64,000 nt of DNA from Squalus acanthias (GCA_030390025.1 CM059432.1:66900001-66964000), one strand, 5' to 3'. Positions 24,599 to 37,857 are shown, numbered from the stretch's first letter. Numbers and translations: made by a program. Notes: generated by a model not told the origin, from the sequence alone.

Positions 24599-26460
24599 GG
24601 CCTAGAAATTCGAGTAGGTCGGATGCTTGCCGGTAACAGCACAGGCAAAGGACAACGGCCACCCACAAAAAGAGCGGTGGCAGCACTGGTATTTTGGTGT
24701 TGCCTGCTAATTAACATTAGTGGAGCGGAGAATCTGTTGTGCAACGCGTTCTTTCCAGCGCTAACCTCAGCAGGAGGCCGAAGGTCACGTCTGAAGGATC
24801 AGTGCGGCATTCTCAGGCAATGTGCTGTATCGGATCATTTGGTGACGGCTCCTGGGTTTTGCTGAGTCAGTAGGTATCGAGTCCACTGATGGCCCTTGTA
24901 TGTTGGCGAATTGTGGCAGGAATGACATATGAGAGATTGGGTCGATTGGGCTTATACTCGCTGGAGTATAGAAGAATGAGAGGGGATCTCATCGATACAT
25001 ATAAAATTCTGACAGGTCTGGACAAACTAGATGCAGGAAGAATGTTCCCGATGGTCAGAGAGTCCAGAACCAGGGGTCACAATCTAAGGATAAGGGGTAA
25101 GCCATTTAGGACAGAAATGAGGAAGAATTTCTTCACCCAGAGAGTGGTGAACCTGTGGAATTCTCTACCACAGAAGGTAGTTGAGGCTAAGTCATTAAAT
25201 ATATTCAAGAATGAGTTAGATATATTTCTTAAAGCTAAAGGTATCAAGGGATATGGGGAGAAGGCAGGTACAGGGTACTGAGTTTGGATGATCAGCCATG
25301 ATCTCATTGAATGGCGGAGCAGGCTCGAGGGGCCGAATGGCCTACTCCTGCTCCTATCTTCTATGTTTCTATGTTTCTATGTTTATCCACAGCTCCCCTC
25401 TTACATTCTCGGACATTTGTCTGGGTCTTGTGTGGGGTCCACAAATGGGTGCCAGACTGCCTGGTACTCCCACCTTCGCTGGCTGCCATAACTCCACAGC
25501 TCTTTCACCCAGATGGTTGCTGTGTGGAGATTTGTGCTCCACCATGGTGCAGAAGGGGGAGGGGGATGTAGATGCACTGTCTTGCAGCTAGCAGTGACAG
25601 TGCACTAGCCTGCATATCGCAGGGGATTCACTCCCTGGTGAGTGGGTCTTAAAGCACAGGCTCAGATCTGCAGGGACTGTGACTGGAAACACTGTGGCAC
25701 AGATATCCTTAAACCATTGCATGATACATCAATGGAAATAAATTTTAAAAAAGGGAATATGAACTCTTGGTCAGGACGTCATAGGTGTAAATGGTACAGA
25801 AGCGAGTTCAATTAAATTTTTAACAACAGCAGACTTCTGAAGTACTCTTGGTGAGAATTTTTTGTTAAGCCTTTTAAAAGCAGACTTCAAAACTTTGCAT
25901 ATCATTTTATCAGTTCCTAAACTAGAAAACCCCAATGTACAAAATTGAAGGAAATGCAGCTTTGATTTTTCCTGAGAACATTACAACTGTAGTACAGTAC
26001 AATTTATTTTAAATGTATTTACCTCCTATAATGTTTGACTGCCCGGGGGGGGAGATTTGATGCATCTCATGGGAAGCAGTTTTCACTCCAATTACATAGT
26101 CTGGGCTCTTCACAGTTAACAGTTATCCCAGCAGCTGTTTACTGTACGGGTTCAAGGTCACCACTGCTTTCTCCCGCCTCTTGTGCTGTCAACGGCTACA
26201 CATACAGGCTTGCTTTGGTGAGGGCGGTAAGAGGAGGGGAGAGCTCCAAAATGGATGAGTGGTGTCAATCCGCCATTGCACGCCGATTGACATCTCGCTG
26301 CTGATAATTAAAATACATGCCGCGAGCGCAGGCAACGGCAGCGCTGCCGACCTGCCGAAAATGGCAGCCGCCGCGGAAGCAGGCAGAAGTGAGGCGGCCG
26401 CCTTTTTTTTCACCAAAGTGGGCCTTAACGCCCAATGCTAACATGTCAAATTTCTAGGCC
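24599..26460. mobile_element. Non-autonomous Harbinger-type element, 1.86 kb, containing a CR1 3' fragment
   Basis: Perfect TIR GGCCTAGAAATT / AATTTCTAGGCC; TSD ATT on both sides. Confidence 0.88.
24913..25385 (+). mobile_element. CR1 3' fragment with (TTCTATGT)n tail
   Basis: YERLGRLGLYSLE..RGDLI..FFTQRVVNLWNSLP, 3' UTR and 8-bp tandem tail. Confidence 0.93.
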
Positions 26461-26494
26461 ATTGTACCTAAACTTCAAAAGACAATTTGACAAA

Positions 26495-26890
26495 GTTCCA
26501 CGTGAAAGCAATTAGTTAAGGTTAAAGCTGTGGAGACTCAAATTAAATCTATAGGAATGGATAAGAAATTAACTAAATGGAAGAAAACAATGGCTACTTG
26601 TTACAGGAGTTATGTTGGAGTGAATAGGGATCAATAGTGGAACCATTAATGTTTCTAATTTGCATCGATGACTTGGATTCAAAACCTCAATGAAAATTGG
26701 ACAAATCTGAAAATTATGCCAATTTTAGAGGGACAATGGATTCAGAAGAGGCAGCTCAGAAATGACAAATTAAACTGGATAAAAAATTTAGATGGAGAGA
26801 ACAATGGCAGATGAAATTTAATGCGGACAAGTGAAATGCACTGTCATAGGTAGGAAAAATGGATGATCCACATGCTTCATGAAAGATGTT
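26495..26890 (+). mobile_element. Old, highly decayed CR1 RT remnant
   Basis: Traces of CIDDLD and WQMKFNADK motifs. Confidence 0.6.
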
Positions 26891-26900
26891 GAAATAAAAA

Positions 26901-27035
26901 AAACTTACATTTATATAGCACCTTTCATGGCCTCATTGCATCCCAAAGAGTTTTACAGCCAATGAAGTACTTTTTGAAATATAGTCACTGATGTAATGTA
27001 GGAAACGCGGCCGGCAAATTGTGCACGGCAAATTC
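26901..27035 (-). mobile_element. SINE 3' remnant resembling the DeuSINE/AmnSINE-type tail
   Basis: Reverse strand reads ..gccgcgtttcctacattacatcagtgactatatttcaaaaagtacttcattggctgtaaaactctttgggat..aaaggtgctatataaatgtaagtt; recognised from memory, not searched. Confidence 0.65.
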
Positions 27036-29170
27036 CGACAAAAAGCACATCTTTCCTGAAGTTTGGTGCACAGAATTGTCAACAATACTCCAGCTGAGGC
27101 CTAACCAGTGAGTTATAAAGTTCTAGCATGATCCCTTGCTTTTATATACTATTCTGCTATTTATAAACCCGAGTAACCTATATGGTTTTCTAACCATCTT
27201 ATCAACTTGCCCCACCACCTTTACGGATTTGTGTATATGAACACCAAGGTCTCTCTGCTCATCTACACATTTCAAAATTGTACCACTATAGTACACTGTA
27301 GAATCATAGAATCATATAAAATTACAGCACAGAAAGAGGCCATCGGCCCATAGTGTCTGTGCCGGCTGAAAAAGAGCTATTCAGCCTAATCCGAGTTTCC
27401 AGCTCTTGGTCCATAGTCCTGTAGGTTACGGCACTTCAAGTGCATATCCAAGTACTTTTTAAGTGCAATGAGGGTTTCTGCCTCTATCACCCTTTCAGGC
27501 AGTGGGTTCCAGACCCCGCCAGCCTCTGGGTGAAAAATGTTCTCAATTCACTTCTAATCCTTCTACCAATTACATTAAATCTATGCCCCCTGGTTATTGA
27601 CCTCTCGCTAAGGGAAATAGGTCCTTCCTATCCACTCTATCTAGGCCACTCAATTTTATACACCTCAGTTAAGTTTCCCCTCATCCTCCTCTGTTCCAAA
27701 GAAAACAACCCCAGCCAGTCCATTCTTTCCTCATAGCTAAAATTATCCAGTCCTGGCAACATCCTCATGAATCTCCTTTGTAACCTCCCTAGGTCAATCA
27801 CATCTTTCCTGTAATGTGGTGACCAGAACTGTACACAATACGCTAGCTGTGGCCTAACTAGTGTTTTATAGAGTTCAAGCATAACCTCCCTGCTCTTATA
27901 TTCCATGTCTCAGCTAATAAAGGAAAGTATCCCATATGCCTTCTTAACCACCTTATCTACCTGTCCTGCTACCTTCAGGGATCTGTGGACCTGCACTCCA
28001 AGGTCACTATGTTCTTATACACTTCTTAGTATCCTATCATTTATTGTGCATTCCCTTACCTTGTTAGCCCTCCCAAATGCATTACCTCACACTTCTCCAG
28101 ATTGAATTCCATTTGCCACTTCTGTGCCCACCTGACCAGTCCATTGATATCTTCCTGCAGTCTACAGATAGCTTCCTCACTATTAACCACACGGCCAATT
28201 TTTGTATCATTTGCAAACTTCTTAATCATGCCCCCTACATTGAAGTCTAAATCATTGATATATAGCAGAAAAAGCAAGGGACCTAGTACTGAGCCCTGTG
28301 GAACCCCACTGGAAACAGCCTTCAAGTCACAAAAACACCCGTCGACCATTACCCTTTGCTTCCTGCCACTGAGCCAATTTTGGATCCAACTTGCCACTTT
28401 CCCTTGGATCCCATGGGCTTTTACTTCTCTGACCAGTCTGCCATGTGGGACCTTGTCAAAAGCCTTGCTAAAACCCATGTAGACTACATCAAATGCACTA
28501 CCCTCATCGAATCTCCTTGTTACCTCCTCAAAAAATTCAACCAAGTTAGTCAGACACAACTTTCCCTTAATAAATCCATGTTGACTGTCCTTGATTAATC
28601 CGTGCCTTTCTAAATGACGATTAATACTGTCCCTCAGAATTTTTTTCAATAATTTGCCCACCACCAAGGTTAGGCTGACTGGCCTGCAATTACTCGGCCT
28701 ATCCCTTTCTCCCTTTTTAAACAACGGTACAAAGTTAGCAGTCCTCCAGCACCACACCTGTAGCCAGAGAGGATTGGAAAATGATGGTCAGAGTCTCCTC
28801 TATTTCCTCCCTTGTTTCTCTTAATAGCCTGGGATACATTTCATCCAGACCTGGCGAATTATCTACTTTCAAAGATGCTAAACCCTTTAATATTTCCTTT
28901 CTAACTATGTTTATCTCATCTAATATTTCACACTCCTCCTCCTCAACTACAATGTCTGCATTGTCCCTCTCTTTTGTGAAGACAGAGGCAAAGTATTCAT
29001 TAAGAATCATACCCATGTCTTCCGCCTCCACACATAGGTTACTTTTTGGTCTCTAATAGGCCCCCCTTTTCTTTAGTTATCCTCTTGCTCTAAATGTATT
29101 TATGAAACATCTTTGGGTTTTCCTTGACTTTACATGCCAATATTTTTCATGTGCTGTCTTTACTTTCCTA

Positions 29171-29424
29171 GGGCTAGAAATTGGGTGACCCAGGAGTGCT
29201 AACGGGGCGCAAATGGCTTTGCGACCAGGCACGGCAGTGACATCGACTCCCGTCATATTCGGTGGGGGTTTTGTGGCGGCGCTACAGTGTTGTGCCCCGA
29301 TCTCCTTCGCCCGGAGATCGTGATGTCATCGCCGTACGCATCGCCCCGGTAGCGCCCCGTACCTAAAGTTAGCAGCCCAGGCGATGTTAGCACCCCAAAA
29401 TGGTTGATACCGAATTTTTACCCC
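29171..29424. mobile_element. Harbinger MITE, 254 bp
   Basis: TIR GGGCTAGAAATT / AATTTTTACCCC; TSD CTA on both sides; body resembles the transposase-side end of copy D. Confidence 0.9.
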
Positions 29425-30031
29425 CTAATCTCTTTTTAATTTCACCCAAGTACTTTCTATACTCCTCTAGGCTTTTTGCAGTATTTAGCTCTTGGTATCT
29501 GACGTAAGCTTCCCTTTTTTGCCTTATCCTACTCTGTATGCTCTTTGACATCCAGGGGGCTCCAGGATTGAGAGTCTCACCCTCTTTCTTTGTGGGAACA
29601 TATTTGCTCTGAACCCTCACTATCTCCTAATCGAATGCCTCCCTCTGCTCTGACACTGATTTACCTTCAAGCAGGTGTTTCAAGTCCACGTTTGCTAAAT
29701 CACATCTCAACTTAGTAAAATTGGCCTTTCCCCAATTGAGAACTTTTACTCCTGGTCTATCTTTGTCCTTTTCCATAACTATGCTAAATCTAACTAAATT
29801 ATGATCACTACCCCCAAAATGCTCTCCCACTTATAGCCCTTCCACCTGCCCAGCTTCATTCCCTAAAACTATATCCAGAACCACCCCCTCTCTTGTTGGG
29901 TTTGCTACATACTAGCTAAAAAAGTTCTTCTGAATGTATTTTAAGAATTCTGCACCCTCTATACCTTTTACACTGATTCTATCCCAGTTAGTGTTAGGGT
30001 AGTTGAAATCCCCTACTATTGCTGACCTAAT

Positions 30032-30773
30032 GGCCCAAAAATTAGTCCCGCTACGCGAGAGTACGCACTGTGTACTCTCGCGTATTCTGTCTCCAATTGC
30101 CGGTTTTCTGCATGCACTGCGCATGCGCTGAAAACCGGCACTTGGTGAATGGAAAAGGGGGCGGGTCCTAGGTGAACCGCGTGCGCGCTACAGGCTGCGC
30201 GCACGCTGTGCACTTAGTGGTTTCAACGCGCAGGTAAGTACGGAAGATTCTACACATAAAAAAAGGAGGAGTAAGACCCACTTTTAACAAGGTAAGTAGT
30301 GAATTAAGTATTATTTTGAATTTTTTTTAACAGGTATATCTTTTTTAGAGACTTTAAAGACAGGTAAGTTTATTTTTATAACTTTTTAAAAGATTTTAAA
30401 TTTTTTCAAAAATTTAATTTTTTATTTAAAATGGTTAATTTATTTAACTATACTTATTTTATTAATGTGATGGTTTTTTTTAAATTTAATTGAGGTTTAG
30501 CGGTCCTTTTGGGGGGCTATAGTATTCATAACTTTCACAGCACTTATGTGAAAGTTATGAATGGAAGATGGTGTGCTGCCATTGGCTCTAACTGAGTCAC
30601 GTGATCCCACAGCTCACACGAATTAACTACGCCGGTGGGATACGCAAGCCCAGCACAGCAGCTGTCCAGAACATCAAGTTCGTGCGAGCTGGAACTGAAA
30701 AAGCCAACGCGGAGTGAGAGATCGCGGGGAGGCCTTACCCTCGCACGAAGGCTTCCTCACGAATTTTTGGGCC
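30032..30773. mobile_element. Harbinger-type MITE, 742 bp, GC-rich ends and AT-rich core
   Basis: Perfect TIR GGCCCAAAAATT / AATTTTTGGGCC; interrupts the CR1 EN domain; TSD unclear. Confidence 0.88.
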
Positions 30774-32012
30774 ATCATTGTTTTTGCACTTCTCAGAAAT
30801 ATTTGCTCTTCCATCTCCCTCTGACTGTTTTGGGGTCTATAGTACTCTCCCAGCATTGTGATTGCCCTTTTTTTGTTCTTCAGTTCTACCCATATGGCCT
30901 CATTTAATGATCCTCCACACAGCTGTAATTGTTTCTTTAACCAATATTGTGACCCCCCCTCCTTTTTTATCCCCCTCTCTATCTCATCTGAAAATCCTGT
31001 AACCAGAATGTTGAGCTGCCATTCCTGCCCTTCTTTCAGTCATGTTTCAGTAATAGCTAGGATATCATACTTCCACATGTCTATATGTGCCCTCAGCTCA
31101 TCTGCCTTATTCACTAGACACCTTGCATTGAAGTATATACCATTTAGCATTGCCAAACTCTCCTGTTGTCTATTTTCTAGCCTTTGTTTCCTCTGCCTTC
31201 CAAACTCACTTACTAATTTTCTGCCTTCCATTTTCTGCTTTGTTTCTCTCCCTTCTGAATCTACGCTCAGGTTCCCATCCCCCTGCCAACCGAATACAAA
31301 CCCTCCCCAACAGCACCAGCAACCGCCCCCCGCCGTCCCGTCCCCCCCCCACCCCACCCGCGAGGATATTGTTCCCAGCCCTGTTGAGGTGCAACCCCTC
31401 CAGCTTGTACAGGTTCCACCTCCCCCTTATGCAGCAGGAATCTAATGCCCTCCCTCCTGCACCATCTCTCCAGCCATGCATTCATCTGCTCTTTCCTTCT
31501 GTTTCTGTACTCACTCGGCAATGGCACCGGGAGTAATTCGGAGATTACTACCTTTGAGGTCTTGCTTATTAATCTCTTTTATAGCTCCCTAAAATCTGCC
31601 TGCAGGACCTCATCCCTCTTTCTACCTATGTCACTGGTACCAATATGAACCATGACCTCTGGCTTTTCACCCTCTCCCCAAAGAATGTCCTGCAGTCGCT
31701 CAGTGACATCCTTGTCCCTGACCCCAGGGAGGCAACATACCATCTTGGAGTCATGTCTGCAGCTGCAGAAACGCCAGTCTGTTCCCCGAACTATTGAATC
31801 CCCTATCACTATTGCTTTTCTGACCTTTCTCCTCCCATCCCCTGTGCAGCTGAGCCACCCTTGCTGCCGTGTACCTGGCTCTGGCTATACTCCCCAGAGG
31901 AACCATTGCCCTCACCAGTACCGGATAGAGAACGAGGTGCACTCAGGGGACTCCTGCTCTGCCTGCCTGGTCCTCCTTGGCTGTCTGACAGTCACCCATT
32001 CCCTCTCTGCCT

Positions 32013-33628
32013 GCAAACTAGGGTCCTAAATCTAAACAAAGGGAACTACGAAGGTATGTGGAGCGAGTTGGCTATGATAGATTGGGGAGCTTCATTAAAA
32101 GGCATGATGGTGGATAGGCAAGGGCTAACATTTAAGGAACGACTGCATGAATTGCATTCTGGCGCAAAAACACAAAAGGAAAATCGGCCCAACCATGGCT
32201 AACAAACGAAATTAAGGATAGTATTAGATCCAAAGAGGAGAAATATAAAGTTGTCAGAAAAAGTAGCAAGCCTGAGGATTGGGAGCAGTTTAGAATTCAG
32301 CAAAAAAGGACCAAGAGATTGATTAAGAGGGGAAAAATAGAGTATGAGAGTAAACTTGCAAGGAAAATAAAAGCGGACTGTAAAAGCTTCTACAAGTATG
32401 GAAAAAGAAAAAGATTAGTGAAGACAATTGTAGGTCCTTTACAGTCAGAAACGGGAGAATTTATAATGGAGAACAAGGAAATGGCAGAGCAATTAAACCA
32501 ATACTATGGTTCTGTCTTCACGGTAGAGAACACAAATAACTTCCCAGAAATGCTAAGGAACCAAGGGGGAAAAATTCAGTTGGTTGCGCCTCCCGTTAGC
32601 GCCTTAAGAGGGCACTAATGGGGCGCAAAGCATCTAGCGCCCAGGCGCAGCGATGTTTGCGCCACTCGCAAAATTAATTAGACATTTTGCTAAACACTAC
32701 CGCCACGATCTCCTGCGCCGGCAGATCGTGACGTCAGTCGAGTGCGCAACGCCCCGGTATCGCCCCGGAGCGGATATTGAGTGGCGCCCCCTGCCTTACC
32801 GCCTGACGCTAGCAACGACAGGTTGAGGGGAGCGTTTTGCAGTCATGAAGGGACTGGGGGTGCACTATTTAAAGGCGACTGCTTCCTGCCTTTTATTGTT
32901 GGTGCCATTTTTGAACCACGCATTCTGAGAGAGAGAGAGAGAGAGAGAGACTTCTGGAGAGATTCAACGCTGTGTGAAGGAGTGTTGGATACTGAGCAGC
33001 ACTTTGCAGGTTCATTTTGATTTGCCCTTCCTTGTATCGATTTAGAAGAGACTCTGGGGGCTGCAATCTGAGCTCTTTCCCTGGTACTCTCCATTGTTCT
33101 TTCCAGCAGATTTGATGTGCAGGTGTCTCCAGGCCGAGATTCAAGGCTGCAATGAGCAGGATGTGGATGGAAAGCAAGATCAACCATCCCCTTTAAGAAC
33201 TGGCCCGTGCCATTGTGTGTGTGTTCCATTGCTGACTGACATCACATGAGCTTCGCCAGCGCTCTGAATAGCGCCTCGCTCCTCGGCCTTTGCGCCTTAA
33301 GACAGGTGTGAAGCGCCTGATTTAACGCTCCAATCACCTCCAGGGGCGATAAAAGTCAAGTTTGCAGTCGGTGGCGATAATTAGCGCCAGGCGCTAATCT
33401 TTGCGCCCGGCCGATAATTGCGCTCCAAATGGGGCGATACTGAATTTCTCCCCCCAAGGGTCTAGTGAGAAGAAGGGATTAAAGGAAATTAGTATTGGCA
33501 AAAAAATACTGCTGGAGAAATTAATGGGACTGAAAGCTGATAAATCCCCAGGGCCTGATAATCTGCATCCCAGAGTACTAAAAGAGGTAGCCATGGAAAC
33601 AGTGGATGCATTGGTTGTTATCTTCAGA
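32013..33628 (+). mobile_element. CR1 internal fragment (EN-RT linker), split by a MITE
   Basis: VLNLNKGNYEG, KIEYESKLARKIKADCKSFYKY, KADKSPGPDNLHPRVLKE. Confidence 0.9.
32565..33454 (+). mobile_element. Harbinger MITE, 890 bp (both ends of an H-like element)
   Basis: TIR GGGGGAAAAATTCAG / CTGAATTTCTCCCCC; TSD CAA on both sides. Confidence 0.95.
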
Positions 33629-33735
33629 AATGTTGACACTGTTTCTTTCTGCAGATGCTGCCTGATCTGCTGAGTGCTTTCAGCATTTACTGTTTTTATT
33701 TCAGATTTCCAGCATCTGCAGTGTTTTGCTTTTGA
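33626..33735 (+). repeat. Short remnant resembling the 3' end of a Penelope pLTR-derived repeat
   Basis: gaaatgttgac..cagatgctgcctgatctgctgag..tttatttcagatttccagcatctgcag with internal complementarity (cagatgctg/cagcatctg); recognised from memory. Confidence 0.5.
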
Positions 33736-34094
33736 TTAAATGAGGGTGCTTGATAGTGGAGCACAACTGTGGGAGGAGGAGGTGTGAAGGGAAGAATAGC
33801 CTATTTTTTTTTGCTTTATGCTTCATATTCTAGTTTTATTGGATATGGGCTTTGCTATAGGATTTCGAAGCAGTTTTCATTTTACAAACCTCTTTCTGTA
33901 TTCAGGCCAGGCATCAAAGGCAGCATTGTCTTCAAGATTGCCGGGGACCTTGGCCACTCCAGTGCCCTTAAGTGAGTCTTTTAAATAATCTTTCTTTTTG
34001 GTCTCTCTAATATCTATATGCCTTTGCATGCACTGCTTCCAAAATTCACAAAGGAGTTGGGAAATTAGTGCATGCAACACATTTATCCAGAATG

Positions 34095-34362
34095 GAGAGG
34101 TTATACCTATCAGGAAAGATTGGACAGGCTGGGGCTTTTTTCTCTAGAGAAGAGGACATTGAGGGGTGACCCTGATAGAGCTCTTTAAGAGTATGAAAGG
34201 GTAAACATAGAGAAGATGTTTCCACTTGTGGGGGAGACCAAAATTAGGGGCCATAAATATAAAATAAGTCATTAATAAATCCAATAGGGGATTCAGAAGA
34301 TACTTCTTTTGGTTAGAATGTGGAACTCACTGCGAATAGCATAGATGCATTTAAGGGGAAGC
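34095..34362 (+). mobile_element. CR1 3' fragment
   Basis: LDRLGLFSLE..LRGDLIE; gatgtttccacttgtgggggagacc. Confidence 0.85.
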
Positions 34363-36107
34363 TAGATTCTGGGGGGGTGGCGGTCAGCGGGCGGGATCAG
34401 TGGTGGGTCTGGTGGGAAAGTGTTTTTCCCAGTGTCAGGTCTGTCAGAGCTGAGCAGACCTGACAGGCAGTGGCAGGGGACCCAATTAATCTCATTAACA
34501 TCCAGTTGACAGTTTATTAACAGGTTTTTTAACTTACCTTTTCACTTTAACATCATGGCCTATGGGAACCACGCTGTTTGGGGACCGCAGCTGTCAACCT
34601 GAGGTGGGAGTTCAGTGGCCATTGCTCCAGCTGATTACTTGACAGCTTCAAATGTACAGTAAAAGCTCCCACCTGACAGATCTTCACTTTCCTCAGCCAC
34701 AAGCTGTATCTCAGTCCATTTCCAGCACAGATTCAGCAGGCTTTCCACTTTCCACTCTCCATCCACTCTCACCTCATTGGAAGAACTCTCTCACCATTGA
34801 CAGAATGCTTCTGTCATCTCTACTTCACCTGCCATCTATTCCATCAACATGGGTGCCCTTGAAACTCTCTCACCTTGGTCCTCAGAATCCGACCACAATC
34901 AGTCCCAACACCAGCAGCACCAGGTACACCAGCAGCACCAACAACACCACCACCAACCTCTCCACAATCACCTGATGCTGCACAAGACAAAGGGCATCAG
35001 CACCCGAACACATTGCTGCCCGGGAGGCCAGGGCTGGCCTCACCATGGCCAGATTTACTTCACTTGACCCTGTACACCCTGGCTGCCACATGATGCGCCT
35101 GGTTGACACCACCCCACACCAACACCATAAAGCATCCCTACAATGTCCAAGCCATTCCTTTCACACTCACCACCATTGCCATGGGGGGGGGGGGGGGGGA
35201 GAGGGGCAGTGGGGGGTGGGCGGGGGTACTGTTATGTCTCACCATTCACTGCAACTCACTAAGCCACTTCCAAAGATGCACACAAATCTGTCCAAGAACG
35301 CAAAGTGTTGAAAGGTTTCAATGTTTGACAGCACATGAACAGAAACTTTACATGAACATTGCATAAAACACCCAAGTGCCTACCCTTGTGTGTTGTTAGT
35401 TGCTATGATTGCACTCGGATGAGGGTGAGCGAGAGGGGAATGTGATAATGTCGCTAGAGAGGGATGGCTGGAGGTGCAAGATAAGTTGGTGTGAGTAAGG
35501 ATGTGCAGGAGTAGGGTAGGGTAGGGACGGCAGAGTGATGGGGATGTGATGAGAGGCACAGCAGGATGAAGGTGAGTGTGGCTTTGTACTAATGTTTCGT
35601 GATCTAATGAGATCATTGAAAGGTTTGCACCACTGCACCCAGGTCCTCCTGACCACATCCCTGCTCATGTCCTCCTGTGCAATATGCAACCAGGCTGTGT
35701 TGGTCTCCTGGGGAGGTGTCTTCTGCCCATCAGAAGGGAAGAGGACCTCCCTGCATACTCTAACTCCCTCCATAAGCATATGAAGGGAGTCATGGGAGAA
35801 CCTGGGTGCAGCCCTGCACCTCTGTGCAGTCATTGTCAGTGTTTGCAGCACTTCAATGCTGTAGAACACGGAGAGCACAAAATAAAGTTGGCCATGGACC
35901 CTTTAAGGAAACCGGCTGATGATGCATCATGAAATGATGTCACCAGATCCGCTTCCTCTAATTGGACCGGCTAATGCGTTGGGCGGGCTTAACAAGCCCT
36001 ATCAAGGGAAAATCATTTTGGATAGCGGGATGAAGCCAGCAGCGGGGTTGGGACCCGCCACTGACGTAGCTCGCCCCAGACCCACCGAGGTGAGCAAAAT
36101 CCCGGCC
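34360..36107 (-). mobile_element. Deletion derivative of the E-type Harbinger family retaining Myb exon 1 (-) and the first/last codons of the transposase (+)
   Basis: AAAATCCCGGCC terminus; MTAQRCRAAPRFSHDSL..WVQWCKPFNDL; AAREARAGLTMARFT matches the copy E transposase C-terminus; left end approximate. Confidence 0.8.
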
Positions 36108-37857
36108 TTCATAATCTCTGCCATCAATATTCATATGGGTATAGGGGAAAATAGCCACAGTGTTTGTAAGCACGTTTTTACAGATGTATTTACATATACT
36201 ATGGGTATCATTTTATGGATGATTAACATCTGCTTCAGAAATAAAAGTGGAAAGAAATAAAGACTTCATTGCACAATCATGCATGTTAACAAAATGGCTT
36301 CCAGACATAATGACATCATCCGTGCTGGAGTGTTTGGAAAACATGCTTTTGCTCCTTCAACTCTGTCTGCACTCAACTTCATCATTTTAGTAAATGTGCC
36401 CCACTTGTAATCTGGCACAAGCAATAACTTTTCAACAGTATTTACCTAGCTAATCAAGTTAACTCATAATATATCGTCGCTGTTGCCCAGGTGGTCCCCT
36501 GCAGAGGTCTGATATCATATTGAGGTCACTGCAACATGATTTTCCCCTAGTGTCTTTTCTAACATGGTAGGTAAGAAAGCAATAGTTTATAGCATCTACA
36601 AACATTTCAACCCTAACCCTCAGTACTTTGTTGGTCACTACTGGTCAAATGGGTACCTGGGAAATTAAAACATAAAACATTACCTAATTATGCTGATGAT
36701 TCAATTTGTGTCTCATGTGTCTCATGCTGTAACAGGTGTCAATTTTGGACCAATTACTTGATCCATCTGCACCCACATTTGCTTCAGTTCTACTCTGCAG
36801 ATCAATGTTATACCTCTCCATAACAATTGACTACTAGCTAACAAATAGAACTGCACTTCCTCCTTTTTGCCCTGTTCCATCCTTTCATAATCCCTTACAT
36901 CTCTAACTTCAAAGTGGGTTGTCTGGCCCCAACAAGTATTTAACAAGTATCCCAGATGACTGTCATTAATGGTACTGGCTAGCCTATATGATGGAGGAAA
37001 GAAGGTCTTCACTTACCAGAGTTCCTTTGTATCACTGGCGTAAACATTATAGTGAGAGAATGTCAAGCAGTATATCTGTCATTGAACATTTTGGTCAGCA
37101 GTGTTTAATTGGCAAGAACATTTAAAAAATAAAATCCTTTGGACTTCGAAGCAAAGACTTGTACAATTGGGTCTCTGTATCAAAGTTTTCTTCAGTGAAT
37201 CTCTGCATCACCAGGCAACTGATGAGCTGGAGTGAGTGGAACATTCCACGAGCCTCATTTCACACACAAACTCTGACAATGCTTCACAATCTTACTGCTG
37301 CACCGGGAAATGTTCATGTCCCAGGCACATTCTGGGATTTCCGGGGCTTCTGCGAGGGAGGAGCAGGAGGGCGAAGAAAGAGAGGCAGAGTGCCTGCAGC
37401 TTCCAACAGGCACAGGTGAAGTGTAGTAGCCATGGTTATTGAAGCGAAAAGGCCACACCTGGCCGCCACACCTCATTTTCCTCACCCAGTGCTGCAAGGT
37501 TGCCCATTTTGAGGAGTGCCTAGAACTGCATATTACTTGTATATATAACATACAGCACAGAAACAGGCCATCCAGCCCAACCAGTCCATGTTTATGCTCC
37601 ACTCAAGCCTACTCCCGTCTTTCCTCATCTAACTCTGTCAGCATAGACCCTCTATTCCCTTCTCCCTCATATGCTTGTCTAGCCTCCCATTAAATGTGTC
37701 TATACTATTCGCTTCAACCATTCCCTGTGGCAACGAGTTCCACATTCTCACCACTCTCTGGGTAAAGAAGTTTCTTCTGAATTCCCTATTTGATTTCTTG
37801 GTGACTATCTTATATCTATGGCCTCTAGTTTTGCTCTTCCCCACAAGTGGAAACACT

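Larger units (their letters stand above)
27300..32012 (-). mobile_element. Near full-length CR1 LINE (ORF1 SGNH/GDSL esterase domain ~31400-31830; ORF2 EN+RT), degenerate, with two MITE insertions
   Basis: IGDSIVRG..CCLPG..VHIGT.DIG (esterase); YFNAR..AITET (EN); 233-aa RT fragment 28056-28757; CATAGAAT tail near 27300. Confidence 0.93.

Noticed and set aside
33877..34080. 67-aa ORF as a host exon
   Set aside because: No convincing splice sites or recognisable domain; may be a decayed LINE
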